Positions 10,490 through 20,492 of a stretch of 64,000 nucleotides of DNA are shown here, in pieces (within the stretch, counting starts at the first letter, position 1; every line of letters begins with the position of its first letter). Origin of the DNA: a virus; the UHGV virus genome UHGV-0098755. One strand, given 5' to 3'. Below the pieces are notes generated by a model. The model ran no database searches. It was given only the letters and a program-made list of their open reading frames with translations, and had not been told where the DNA came from. A program made the translations under genes and the position numbers.

Positions 10490-10798
10490 TTAATCTTCTA
10501 TGATATCTCTATCATATCCAAGTGAAATGAGAGTTTCTTTGAAGTGTTTAATGTTCTTTTGTCTAGAATCATTAATGAAAATGACTGGATAACGAATGTT
10601 AAGAGATGTGAATCCAGCGCGTTTAGCAAGAGATACAATCAGTGGACGATCATACTCAATCTTACCATTATTTGTAAGAACTTTATAGAAAGTAAAAGGA
10701 GCATTGAGCTCCTTTAGAAGTTTTGTAACTGATTGACATCCAGGACAACGACCTACTTCATCTGGAATTCCATAGACTTCAATCTTATTTTGTTTCAC
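10490..10798 (-). CDS. nrdH: glutaredoxin-like protein NrdH
   Basis: 102 aa, CPGC redox motif, adjacent to nrdG/nrdD. Confidence 0.75.
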   Translation of the reverse strand: MKQNKIEVYGIPDEVGRCPGCQSVTKLLKELNAPFTFYKVLTNNGKIEYDRPLIVSLAKRAGFTSLNIRYPVIFINDSRQKNIKHFKETLISLGYDRDIIED

Positions 10799-10800
10799 AA

Positions 10801-11013
10801 CTATTCCTTACTAAGAGCAGCATTCAGCTTGTTAGTAATTTTATCCAGACGCTCACTGAACTCACTGGAAGATAAGCCTTTTTCTGGAGAAATTAAACTA
10901 ATCACGAAAAATATAGCAATAAAAGGAATAAGGAAAATAGCTCCAACTGCCATAAACAGAAAGAATGTTACAGTTGTAAGAAAATCAGCTAAACCTTTAC
11001 GAAATTTATACAT
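10801..11013 (-). CDS. small membrane protein
   Basis: 70 aa, one long hydrophobic segment. Confidence 0.45.
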   Translation of the reverse strand: MYKFRKGLADFLTTVTFFLFMAVGAIFLIPFIAIFFVISLISPEKGLSSSEFSERLDKITNKLNAALSKE

Positions 11014-11128
11014 ATTTTACCCTTAATTGATTAACCAAGCATTGATAAGCACTAAACTATATTGGGAATAAAATTCTGGACCAAAATGAAAAATCATATC
11101 ATTTATAGTATCCATAATGTAATTCAAT

Positions 11129-11599
11129 TTAATCATGTTTCCACACCCCATCGGTATTTGACCAAAGCCGCTGATTATCTGATCCTCGCCACAGCTTTTT
11201 GGTCGGAAGATTTTTCTCATACTTCCCATCAATAATAACATCAACATATTTAAGCATTTCTAGTTGTTTAATATCTTCAAACTTGTATCCTGTCCACAAC
11301 CAAATGCTTTTATTCGGATAAAGATTTTTTACCGTTTGAACAATGCAATGAACAACATCTCGGTTATCAGGATAAAGAGGGTCTCCTCCAGTTATAGTTA
11401 ATCCTTCTATATAATCATTATTCAAACATTCAATTAATTGTTCTAGTGTTTCACCAGTGAATGGAATACCATTTCTAGCATTCCATGTTGATTTATTATA
11501 ACACCCTTCGCATTTATGCAAACAACCTGTAACGAAAAGAACAACCCTGCAACCAGGGCCATTCACAAAATCGCAAGGATAAAATCTATCATAATTCAT
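11129..11599 (-). CDS. nrdG: anaerobic ribonucleotide reductase activating protein NrdG (radical SAM)
   Basis: 156 aa; CxxxCxxC cluster (CLHKCEGC); overlaps nrdD stop. Confidence 0.88.
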   Translation of the reverse strand: MNYDRFYPCDFVNGPGCRVVLFVTGCLHKCEGCYNKSTWNARNGIPFTGETLEQLIECLNNDYIEGLTITGGDPLYPDNRDVVHCIVQTVKNLYPNKSIWLWTGYKFEDIKQLEMLKYVDVIIDGKYEKNLPTKKLWRGSDNQRLWSNTDGVWKHD

Positions 11600-13413
11600 T
11601 GGTGTTTAACCCTATGCATGATTTCTTTATTTTTACCGAGATTAAATCCGCGTTCGTTCGGGTTTCCAAGATATCCGCATGTTCTTCTTATTGTGTTCAT
11701 CTTTTTAGGATCAGTTTCTCCACAAATAGAACAAACAAATCCGTTTTCAGTAGGAGTCATTTCATGGGTACTTCCGCATGTAAAACATTTATCTACTGGC
11801 ATATTAACACCAAAATAATCTAAATGTTGTGCAGCATAATCCCATACAGCCTCAAGACCTTTTAGGTTATTTTTCATATCAGGAAGTTCAACATAAGAAA
11901 TGTGACCACCTGTCGCAATGAAATGATATGGGGCTTCTCGAGAAATCTTTTCAAACGGAGTGATATTTTCTTCTACTGAAACGTGGAAACTATTAGTGTA
12001 CCATCCTTTATCAGTAACATCCTTTACACTTCCATATTTCTCGGTATCAAGTTTACAGAAGCGATAGCACAGGTTTTCAGCAGGAGTAGAATACAAGCTA
12101 AAAGCAAAACCGGTTCTTTCAGTCCACTGCTTAAGATGTGCATTCATTTTAGTTAAAATTTCCTGTCCAATATCACGACCGACAAGAATATTCAATTCGT
12201 GAATACCGATGTATCCTAGGGACACTGAACTTCTACCGTTTTTAAATAACTCAATTATGTCGTCATCAGGTTTAAGACGAACCCCGAATGCACCTTCTTG
12301 GTAAAGAATAGGAGCAACAGTCGCTTTAACTCCTTTTAAGGAACTAATTCTACACATCAATGCTTCAAAACATAAATCCATTCGTTCATTGAACAATTCG
12401 ATAAATTTCTGTTCATTGAATTGTGTTCCAATATAAGAATCTAACGCGATGCGAGGAAGATTCAATGTTACAACGCCAAGATTATTACGTCCATCAAGAA
12501 TTTCATTACCAGTGGAATCTTTCCATACGCCCAAGAAACTACGACAACCCATTGGAGAAACAGGAATAGATGAACCTGTGATAGCTTTATTATTCTTAAC
12601 TGAAATAATATCAGGATACATTCTTTTACTTGCACACTCTAGGGCAAGTTGCTTAATATCATAGTTCGGATCGTCTTTATAAAGATTAACACCTTCTTCA
12701 ACGAACATAACAAGCTTAGGGAAAATAGGAGTTATCCCGTCACGACCGAGACCTTTAATGCGATTTTTCAGAATTGCTTTCTGAATCATTCGTTCAGTCC
12801 AGTCAGTTCCCGTACCAAATGTAATTGTTACAAAAGGCGTTTGTCCGTTTGAACTAAAGAGAGTATTTACTTCATATTCGTAAGCTTGGAATGCATCGTA
12901 TACGTCTTTTTCTGTTTTAGATTGGGCATAATTCAATGCATCTGCGATTTGCCATTTTTCTGCATCCTCAATATGTTTTGCATAGGTGCGTTTAACATAA
13001 GGAGAAAGTACTTTATCTACATTCGCAAAAGTCGTTCCGCCATATTGATGGGAAGCAACCTGTGCAGTAATTTGTGCCATAATTGCAGTAGCAACACCGA
13101 TTGATTTAGGAGTTTCAATCTGCGCATTACCGAGCTTAAATCCGTTCTCAAGCATTCCTTTTAAATCTACTAAACAGCAATTAGTAAATGGAAGAGCAGG
13201 GGAATAATCAATATCATGGAAATGAATAATTCCGCTTTCATGCGCTTTCATAATAAAAGACGGGACCATATTTTTGGCAATGTGTTTAGACACAATACCA
13301 GCCATAAGGTCCCGTTGAGTTGGAAAAACACGAGAATCTTTATTAGCATTCTCGTTTAAAAGGTCTTTATTAGTTTTATGAATCAATCCTTCAATTTCTT
13401 TTTCAATTGTCAT
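11596..13413 (-). CDS. nrdD: anaerobic ribonucleoside-triphosphate reductase NrdD, uninterrupted
   Basis: Single 605 aa ORF with C-terminal glycyl-radical and Cys-rich region (CFTCGSTHEM...CSICGE...RRTCGYLG). Confidence 0.92.
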   Translation of the reverse strand: MTIEKEIEGLIHKTNKDLLNENANKDSRVFPTQRDLMAGIVSKHIAKNMVPSFIMKAHESGIIHFHDIDYSPALPFTNCCLVDLKGMLENGFKLGNAQIETPKSIGVATAIMAQITAQVASHQYGGTTFANVDKVLSPYVKRTYAKHIEDAEKWQIADALNYAQSKTEKDVYDAFQAYEYEVNTLFSSNGQTPFVTITFGTGTDWTERMIQKAILKNRIKGLGRDGITPIFPKLVMFVEEGVNLYKDDPNYDIKQLALECASKRMYPDIISVKNNKAITGSSIPVSPMGCRSFLGVWKDSTGNEILDGRNNLGVVTLNLPRIALDSYIGTQFNEQKFIELFNERMDLCFEALMCRISSLKGVKATVAPILYQEGAFGVRLKPDDDIIELFKNGRSSVSLGYIGIHELNILVGRDIGQEILTKMNAHLKQWTERTGFAFSLYSTPAENLCYRFCKLDTEKYGSVKDVTDKGWYTNSFHVSVEENITPFEKISREAPYHFIATGGHISYVELPDMKNNLKGLEAVWDYAAQHLDYFGVNMPVDKCFTCGSTHEMTPTENGFVCSICGETDPKKMNTIRRTCGYLGNPNERGFNLGKNKEIMHRVKHQ

Positions 13414-13883
13414 TTTAAACTCTTTCTAAGCTGCTTCTTGAATGAAGCTATTAATTGTGTTTTGGTGTCAGATTCATTATATTCAAATCCTCTTTGAAGC
13501 ATCTCAGCCATCATTTCCTCTTTTCCTAAACGAGAAAATTCCTTTGATTTATCTCCAACGAAGTTAGGGTGAATATTATTTTGGGTGTAATCGGATTTTA
13601 AATAAGTAAGTAAATTTTCTAACCATTCAAGATAATCAACACCTTGTCCCTTTAAGCCAGAACGATTAAATTTATGCTTCATTTGACCTTCTGCGGCATT
13701 GCAGAGATTACAAAGCAATCCACGTACCTTTCCTGCTTTTGGTCCATTTAATTCATGGTCATGGTCGAGGTGATTAGCTTGAACATCAGGATTTAGTTCT
13801 CGTTGGCAAATTAAGCATTTACCGTTTTGTGCATCATAAAATTTCTGTTTTTCTTCTTTATATAATTTGCCAGTCAATAACAT
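13410..13883 (-). CDS. 49: endonuclease VII (Holliday junction resolvase) gp49
   Basis: 157 aa, matches recalled T4 endo VII incl. zinc-binding Cys pairs. Confidence 0.88.
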   Translation of the reverse strand: MLLTGKLYKEEKQKFYDAQNGKCLICQRELNPDVQANHLDHDHELNGPKAGKVRGLLCNLCNAAEGQMKHKFNRSGLKGQGVDYLEWLENLLTYLKSDYTQNNIHPNFVGDKSKEFSRLGKEEMMAEMLQRGFEYNESDTKTQLIASFKKQLRKSLK

Positions 13884-13925
13884 AATAAAACCCTTACCTT
13901 AAATAGATAAGGGTATTTATTATTT

Positions 13926-14411
13926 TCAAGTATTGTAAAACATTTGATTCAATCGCTTATATTGCCGAATCTTTTGGTCAGAAAAAGAAATTTGGGTTTC
14001 AAGCCATTCAATATATTCTGCCGCAGCTTGCATCAGGTTACCTTCATAGCCATCGTTATTTTCTTGTGCAGCTAATTTAGCTAATGCGTATGAAATACGT
14101 TCACCTTGAAAATCGGCTTTAGGTATTTGAACATCTTGACTAGTTCTCTCTACAACTTCTTCAATTTCGCCATTTTCAACGGATTCAGTATTCCATAAGC
14201 ACCAATACGTAATTGGCTTATCGTAGATGTTAATAATCTTTCCATCAGAAAGTTCAATTTCAATAATTCCAGTATCAGGTTCTATATCATCTTCGCATTC
14301 TTTTGCAAGTTCACGAACTTTAAAGACAGTACCTGCACTAAGTTCCGGCCAGTAATTACATAGCCCTCTATCAGCACGATTAATTCTAAACCACTTATCT
14401 ACTGTAATCAT
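13926..14411 (-). CDS. pin: Pin (protease inhibitor)-like protein
   Basis: Size (161 aa from Met7) and position next to gene 49 as in T4; no sequence check possible. Confidence 0.45.
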   Translation of the reverse strand: MITVDKWFRINRADRGLCNYWPELSAGTVFKVRELAKECEDDIEPDTGIIEIELSDGKIINIYDKPITYWCLWNTESVENGEIEEVVERTSQDVQIPKADFQGERISYALAKLAAQENNDGYEGNLMQAAAEYIEWLETQISFSDQKIRQYKRLNQMFYNT

Positions 14412-14534
14412 GTCCCATCTCCATATCAATTAAGTCATTTATCGTTGGTTCATTATATACTGTTTCTTCATCAGTGTAAACCGGTTCTTCCGGCTCTGGC
14501 TCTACAGTTTCCCATCTAGCCGCCCACCAAGGTT

Positions 14535-14855
14535 TTATAGCGTAATCCATTCTCGTACTGTCTGAGTTACTACACGTTCTCGAAGCTCAACCAGTTCAAC
14601 AGTAGGAACTGCATAATACCAGTCAGAATGGTAAGAACCTGAGCGAGATTCATTTACGGAAACATATACGTAGTGTTTTGGGCTAAAGTAAATTACTCGA
14701 CGATATTGGCATTTGCCTTGTTGAGTCCATTCTTCGGATTCAATCTGAATAAGATAGTCGGAAAAATCGAAATCATAGTTTTCCGAAAATGCATCATGGT
14801 CTTCGATGATTTCGCTCAGAACTGCATCAACATCTAATTTATTTTCAATAGTCAT
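14535..14855 (-). CDS. hypothetical protein (49.1 position)
   Basis: 106 aa ORF. Confidence 0.45.
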   Translation of the reverse strand: MTIENKLDVDAVLSEIIEDHDAFSENYDFDFSDYLIQIESEEWTQQGKCQYRRVIYFSPKHYVYVSVNESRSGSYHSDWYYAVPTVELVELRERVVTQTVREWITL

Positions 14856-14866
14856 TTTTTCACCAA

Positions 14867-15076
14867 TTAATTTCGCAATTTATTAAGTTCTTCATAATCA
14901 ATCCAGGATTCTAATCCTGATGGCAAATCAGATTCAATTTCACAAAGAAGCTCTTCAATTTTCTGAAGACGATCTAATTCTTCAGCTGGAATAGTAACCA
15001 TTGACGGAGTTCTTGATACACTAATATCGTAAATCATATTTACCCCAGTTTGACCATACAATCGCCATATTTCCAT
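14867..15076 (-). CDS. hypothetical protein (49.2 position)
   Basis: 69 aa ORF. Confidence 0.4.
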   Translation of the reverse strand: MEIWRLYGQTGVNMIYDISVSRTPSMVTIPAEELDRLQKIEELLCEIESDLPSGLESWIDYEELNKLRN

Positions 15077-15255
15077 TTAGAAATAGACTTTTCGCCGTTA
15101 GAATAATAAACTTCGAGTTTAGCGCGGCCATTTTTAATTTGAATAACCTTGGCTGTCATCAAAGTTCCATACCCATAGTAAACTGCAACTTCATCACCTA
15201 CATATACCGCGCTTCCGCGGTAATCATGGATATAATCAGTTCCTTCTAGCATCAT
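15040..15255 (-). CDS. hypothetical protein (49.3 position)
   Basis: 71 aa ORF. Confidence 0.4.
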   Translation of the reverse strand: MMLEGTDYIHDYRGSAVYVGDEVAVYYGYGTLMTAKVIQIKNGRAKLEVYYSNGEKSISKWKYGDCMVKLG

Positions 15256-15515
15256 TTAAAGTATTCCCGCAATTGGTCAAATCCACCAATATGACTTCCA
15301 TCAGGAGCAAATACCTGAGGCATTGTCAAGCCGATTTGAGTATCACGACCTAGTTTAGTCAGAAGCTCAGCAATTTTCTCATCATCAAAAACACCTTTTT
15401 CCGGCATAATGTTGATAAATTCAAACGGCTGTTTCTTCACGGTCAAAAGACGTTTTGCATTATCGCAATACACACATTTGTGGATGTTGCTATCATAACC
15501 ATATACTTTAAACAT
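15252..15515 (-). CDS. nrdC: thioredoxin/glutaredoxin NrdC
   Basis: 87 aa, CVYC active site, matches recalled T4 thioredoxin. Confidence 0.88.
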   Translation of the reverse strand: MFKVYGYDSNIHKCVYCDNAKRLLTVKKQPFEFINIMPEKGVFDDEKIAELLTKLGRDTQIGLTMPQVFAPDGSHIGGFDQLREYFK

Positions 15516-15516
15516 A

Positions 15517-15774
15517 TTATTCCTTAATTCCTAGTACTTGTTTAAAAGTCTCGTCGTAATCAAGACTTTGGCCCGTTTGTTCTTTATGTTTGTATATAAT
15601 ATCACTTACTTCTGATAGCATATTTTTATATGAACGAGTTAAAGCAGATTTAAGCACGCTGTATCTATCAGGAAATTTACCATGTTCATTATAATACGCT
15701 ATTGCTAATTCACGGACTGCCTTTTCAGCAGTCTCCATATATTCTTTACGCTTGGTCATTTTCTTCTCGGTCAA
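15517..15774 (-). CDS. hypothetical protein (nrdC.1 position)
   Basis: 85 aa ORF. Confidence 0.45.
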
Positions 15775-16060
15775 ATCGGTGTTTACAATGGCGACATTTA
15801 TAACGAAGATTACTAGTCTGCCAATGAACTAATTGTACCTGTTCAGTACCGCATTCAGGACAATTAGGAACGTTTTTAGAAGCCCTTTCGCGACGTTTAA
15901 CCATGACCATTACAGAATCCCAATTAACAGGAGGGCTATAATCATCACAACCATGAATCTTTCCACGCATTTCCAAATCGTCTTCTTCACCGGCCATAAT
16001 AATTTTAATTAAACTGGAATTACTTGAAGCTGCAATGTCTTCTAATAGACGCTTTTTCAT
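15746..16060 (-). CDS. hypothetical zinc-ribbon protein
   Basis: 104 aa; CPECG...CRHC four-Cys motif. Confidence 0.45.
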
Positions 16061-16986
16061 TTCAATACCTCAATAGCATTACGTAAACCATTTGCTTTTG
16101 CATTAAGAGCTTTTAACAATTTGGTGTGTTCTGCAATTTGGGCTTCAACTTCAATCAAACGGGCATTGAGATATTCACGTTCTTCACTCAGATTATCAAC
16201 CTTTTCTGCTTTAGGTTCTTTTACAACTTGCTTATATGTATTAGGGTTCTTCAGTTTAATTAGAATGCGTGAACTGTACAGCATTGAACCATTATCTTCG
16301 GTTTCGTCATACATTTCCACTACGTCCATCATCTCCACCATCGTGCAGAGTTTATAAGACAACGAACGAATAATTTTGTTGTGCTTATTAATTTCTCTAG
16401 CTGTCATGGTGCCGAGATTACGTGAGTAATAATAAGGAACCTGGATATTAATTAATACTGATGAACCACCTGGCTTGTGTGTTACTTCATCAGCAATAAC
16501 CCAATCCTTAACATGAACTGTATTTGTACGGTCATCGCCCGCGGTAAATAGTTTACGAGCATGCTTAAAAAGCATATTCACTTGGTCATTGAATTGACAA
16601 GCGAATTTATCAGCAAATTTAGTTTCGGGAATGGTAGATAACCAATCAGCCAAATGGGTCTTTTTAACATCGTTAACAATAGTAAATTCAACCAAATCGG
16701 TTATAGATGTCTCAGATTTAATGAAGCTCGGCTTCATAAAGTTTTTAATGTTATCACTAGCTACAGTAGAAGATAACAGACGAGAACGTTTAAACCATTC
16801 AAGCAAATTACCTAACGAATGAGAATAAGCGTTTTGAGTATCTTTACAGATATGATTTTCCTGGCCAACATATTGAAGGAAATCACGAAGAATATTATTG
16901 ATTACTGCCCTGTGTCCTATCTGATAATTACGATGTTTAGTAATAAGACTGTCAAAATAATCAATATAATGTTTACGAGTTTTCAT
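16057..16986 (-). CDS. hypothetical protein, member of coiled-coil-tailed paralog array
   Basis: 309 aa; N-terminus MKTRKHYIDYF; C-terminal ~50 aa heptad coiled coil. Confidence 0.55.
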   Translation of the reverse strand: MKTRKHYIDYFDSLITKHRNYQIGHRAVINNILRDFLQYVGQENHICKDTQNAYSHSLGNLLEWFKRSRLLSSTVASDNIKNFMKPSFIKSETSITDLVEFTIVNDVKKTHLADWLSTIPETKFADKFACQFNDQVNMLFKHARKLFTAGDDRTNTVHVKDWVIADEVTHKPGGSSVLINIQVPYYYSRNLGTMTAREINKHNKIIRSLSYKLCTMVEMMDVVEMYDETEDNGSMLYSSRILIKLKNPNTYKQVVKEPKAEKVDNLSEEREYLNARLIEVEAQIAEHTKLLKALNAKANGLRNAIEVLK

Positions 16987-17038
16987 GTTCTTCTCACTTT
17001 GTTAATGATTTATACTCCGAGCCATCCTTGGCTTTAAA

Positions 17039-18040
17039 TTACTTAATTAACTGTAAAGCTTGTTCCAGACGATCAAGACGATTAACGGATTCTTCCCAAA
17101 TCTTTTTAGCCTGCTCATATTCTTTCTGCGCTTTATTAGAAATTTCTAGAACTTCTTTATAAGCTTTTTCTAGTGCAATAACTTCTGGACGAATTTCTAC
17201 CGGTTCAGGTGAATCATCAAGATTATCCATTAGTTCCTCAAGGGTAGTTTCTTCTTTAGGAGTATTCACAACTTCATCACATTTTTGTTGGTAAATTTCT
17301 TTATCAGTCGGTGAGTACGCGCACTTTACTTCACGAAGGCTAATTACGAGTTTATATCCTTCCCAACCGCATATATTCTTAAAAGGATATGTATGAATAT
17401 TTTCTACTGTTTCCATACAAAGTAATGCGGTCTCTAATTGACGAGTTATAGTACTAGCAATTGAGAAAAATTTATTAATATTCTTTTGGTTAGTTTCTGG
17501 TGTAAAAAATCCATAATTCACAAAAATAGATACTTTATTTTTATCAAGTTCATATTCTTTTATGATAATCATATCAGAAGCCAAAGGATGAATTTGACGA
17601 TAATCGCCATAACATAATTTAGAAGCTGATTTTAGAATCTGTCCTTTGAAAAGTCTGAAATTACTAATCCAACGACGAGTAAAAATATTCTCAGGGTCTT
17701 CTTTATTATTAAGATGATAAGAATTAACATCACCAAACCAATTATATCCTACTACATCTTTGGTTCGTTTAATTTCTTTCCCAAAATTACCAAGAATATC
17801 CCGATTAACCAAATATGAAAGAAGACGAGACTCTTTAAAGGTTTTCTTGATAAGATCTTTATCTACACGGCTAGAAATTTTACGAATTTCATGAATAAAT
17901 TTAGTAGAAGAAACAATACTTGCATCAACACTATTGAGCCATTGATTGATAATAGAAAGAACGATATTTTGACCAAACATCGGTATAGCTTTATCATCAA
18001 TAACGCTATTGAATGATTTGATATATTCGTTACGAGTCAT
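17039..18040 (-). CDS. hypothetical protein, member of coiled-coil-tailed paralog array
   Basis: Track ORF 17039..18070 trimmed to ATG (MTRNEYIKSF) preceded by GAGGAG; C-terminal coiled coil. Confidence 0.55.
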   Translation of the reverse strand: MTRNEYIKSFNSVIDDKAIPMFGQNIVLSIINQWLNSVDASIVSSTKFIHEIRKISSRVDKDLIKKTFKESRLLSYLVNRDILGNFGKEIKRTKDVVGYNWFGDVNSYHLNNKEDPENIFTRRWISNFRLFKGQILKSASKLCYGDYRQIHPLASDMIIIKEYELDKNKVSIFVNYGFFTPETNQKNINKFFSIASTITRQLETALLCMETVENIHTYPFKNICGWEGYKLVISLREVKCAYSPTDKEIYQQKCDEVVNTPKEETTLEELMDNLDDSPEPVEIRPEVIALEKAYKEVLEISNKAQKEYEQAKKIWEESVNRLDRLEQALQLIK

Positions 18041-18067
18041 ATTAATCTCCTCAGTAGAAAGTAAGAA

Positions 18068-18099
18068 CATTATACCACATCCTTGTGACGAAGTAAACT
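18068..18099 (-). promoter_or_regulatory. T4 early-type promoter
   Basis: GTTTAC -35, 17-18 nt spacer, TGGTATAAT extended -10. Confidence 0.5.
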
Positions 18100-19123
18100 A
18101 GTTTAGTGCATTTAGTGCATTGTTCAGTTTAGAACGCTGCTTTGTCAGATTTTGAACCCTTGACTGAGCTTGTTCTAACACCTTTTCAGCTTCTAGCACT
18201 TCATTGGTCGCTTTAACGAGTTCATCATCTACTGCCTTAAGAGACTTCTCAATCGCGTCAGCGTGCCATTTTTCAACAGGTTTAAGACTCGGATTTTCAA
18301 TAGGAAGAAAATTCACTTTATTGAATTTCCATGCATCCTTATTACCTGAACTATACATCCAAAATTTAGGATCGTTTGATAAGTAATTGGATAAATTTAA
18401 ATTTAAGTTATCTTGTACTTCTTGCTTTTTCTCTTGTGTAACTTCGTCCTTTCTCAAAAAATCATATTTAAATGAAACGATCATATCAAGTTCATATGTT
18501 GTCGTATCTAACTTAAATCGTTCAAAACGAGGTAAAATCTTAGATTGAACAGCAGAAACAACATCCATATACTTAAATGCTTCTGTCAACTGTGATTTAA
18601 GGCATTCACAAATTGAAAGAGAATTTTTAGTATTAGGCTTAAAGCTAATTCGTGCAGTTCTATTATTTTCTTTTAATGGTCTTACTTCCATTTGAAGAGT
18701 ATAACCATCAAATTTCAGATTCTTTAAGTTAATATCAGAACCTTTTAATCGACTAGCAGTAGACAAAATTTGTTTTAATTGTCTACGGAACAGAGCAATA
18801 AATCTCCATTCAAGACGATAATGATTTGGATTAAAAAATCCTGTTGATAAATCGACCTTACTTTGACCAACGCCTTGAACAAATAGAGGATTTTTATAAT
18901 CAACAGTTTTACAGAAATCGGTGAGCTGCTCACGAGCAGTCATTTGAGTAATATACCCCGCTTTACTAAAATGACGTAACCATTCACTGCTATTCATATA
19001 CTTAAAGTGAATATCACGATTAACTTTATCAGGGTCTAAATTATTTTGGCACAAAAATGTCATAACATCACGAGTATAACTGGCATTACGAACCATATCT
19101 TCAATTTGAGAACGAGTTTTCAT
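18098..19123 (-). CDS. hypothetical protein, member of coiled-coil-tailed paralog array
   Basis: 341 aa; N-terminus MKTRSQIEDMV; C-terminal coiled coil. Confidence 0.55.
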   Translation of the reverse strand: MKTRSQIEDMVRNASYTRDVMTFLCQNNLDPDKVNRDIHFKYMNSSEWLRHFSKAGYITQMTAREQLTDFCKTVDYKNPLFVQGVGQSKVDLSTGFFNPNHYRLEWRFIALFRRQLKQILSTASRLKGSDINLKNLKFDGYTLQMEVRPLKENNRTARISFKPNTKNSLSICECLKSQLTEAFKYMDVVSAVQSKILPRFERFKLDTTTYELDMIVSFKYDFLRKDEVTQEKKQEVQDNLNLNLSNYLSNDPKFWMYSSGNKDAWKFNKVNFLPIENPSLKPVEKWHADAIEKSLKAVDDELVKATNEVLEAEKVLEQAQSRVQNLTKQRSKLNNALNALN

Positions 19124-19131
19124 GGTGTTCC

Positions 19132-20043
19132 TTAAGATTTAAGTAAATCAACAATTTTAATTAATTTTTCACGCTCAGATTTAGCTTTACTACTCAATCC
19201 AGATAGTCTGAAAATTTCATCGTCATATTGTTGAATAGAAATATTCAGCTCTTCAATTTGCTTATTAAAATAATCAATTTGTTCAGAATGTTTTTCGTTA
19301 CTACGAACTGGTGCAGGTTTTGTAGGCAATTTAGTTGAACTGGATTCATCCGGGCGATAAATTAAAATACAACTTGAACCAATCGGACATTTAGCACCAG
19401 ACACATATTCTAATGTTCCAGCTTCTTTTAAAATTTCAAAAGCTAAACAGAGATGATGCCCCATATTAACATAATCTGTAGAGTGAGCTCTGACGTAATA
19501 ATCATCTCCACGAGTGCTAAATTTAAAGCATTTAAGGTCTTCTGTATTATTAGTTTTAAAAATCATTTGTTTATCTAGACCTTTAGCCAATCGAGCGCCT
19601 AATGCTAATAATCGTCGTTGATTTTCCCACAAATCTGCGATCATTTGGTCAAATGATAATTTCGGCATTAGTCGACCATAAAGGTCATATCCTTTATTAT
19701 AATTACGAAGGATTTCACTCGCGTTAATACGAGACAATGCTCCAATTTTATTAAGGGCTTTCATAATGCGATTAGATAAACCCATTCCAGACCCGTTTGT
19801 TCGCTGTAAATGTTTTTCTAATCCAAATCCAATATCAACTTTAAATTTATCTAAAATTTCAGCATGAACATCTCTGTCAATAACATTCAAATCCAAAGTT
19901 GGGTTAAATCTATGAAAAAATTTATCTGGCTCTCCACGACGAAGTACAGTCCATTCATTCATCATTTTTTTATTAACTAAAGATTTAATTACTGCATTGA
20001 CATTATTAATTACTACTGACATATTTTCCTCACTCAATTTCAA
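19132..20043 (-). CDS. hypothetical protein with C-terminal coiled coil
   Basis: 303 aa ORF. Confidence 0.5.
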   Translation of the reverse strand: MKLSEENMSVVINNVNAVIKSLVNKKMMNEWTVLRRGEPDKFFHRFNPTLDLNVIDRDVHAEILDKFKVDIGFGLEKHLQRTNGSGMGLSNRIMKALNKIGALSRINASEILRNYNKGYDLYGRLMPKLSFDQMIADLWENQRRLLALGARLAKGLDKQMIFKTNNTEDLKCFKFSTRGDDYYVRAHSTDYVNMGHHLCLAFEILKEAGTLEYVSGAKCPIGSSCILIYRPDESSSTKLPTKPAPVRSNEKHSEQIDYFNKQIEELNISIQQYDDEIFRLSGLSSKAKSEREKLIKIVDLLKS

Positions 20044-20437
20044 TTTTACTAAATATACAGAATAAAATGGAACAGACTATATAAGCACCACACACAGATT
20101 GAACTAATACCATTCCAAAGAACCAAACAATATTATCAAACAATGTCTGTTTTACGTCGAAAGGACGTAAACTTACAGTAATATTATCACCTTTTTCTAT
20201 TGAAGAATACATCTCTGGTGAAATATATTCGCTAAATCTATAACCGTCTTTGAGTTCATATACAGCAATAAACGATAAACTAGACCCCTTTCCTTGAGTT
20301 CCTGTAAGGGTATTAACTACAGTAACATCATAATCTTTATAATGCATATAATCATTAATAGCATAATAACCATATGCAATTACTATACATAAACAACATA
20401 TCAATAAATTCAATCTTTTAATTATCAACTGTTTCAT
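20030..20437 (-). CDS. hypothetical membrane protein
   Basis: 135 aa; N- and C-terminal hydrophobic helices. Confidence 0.5.
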   Translation of the reverse strand: MKQLIIKRLNLLICCLCIVIAYGYYAINDYMHYKDYDVTVVNTLTGTQGKGSSLSFIAVYELKDGYRFSEYISPEMYSSIEKGDNITVSLRPFDVKQTLFDNIVWFFGMVLVQSVCGAYIVCSILFCIFSKIEIE

Positions 20438-20492
20438 AATAATCTCAATTAAAAGGGCTTAGAACCATTATACCATCCTTGGTATAAAGCGG

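Noticed and set aside
11023-11247. 74 aa ORF overlapping the nrdG 3' end
   Set aside because: Overlaps nrdG by about 120 nt in a different frame; nrdG is well supported.
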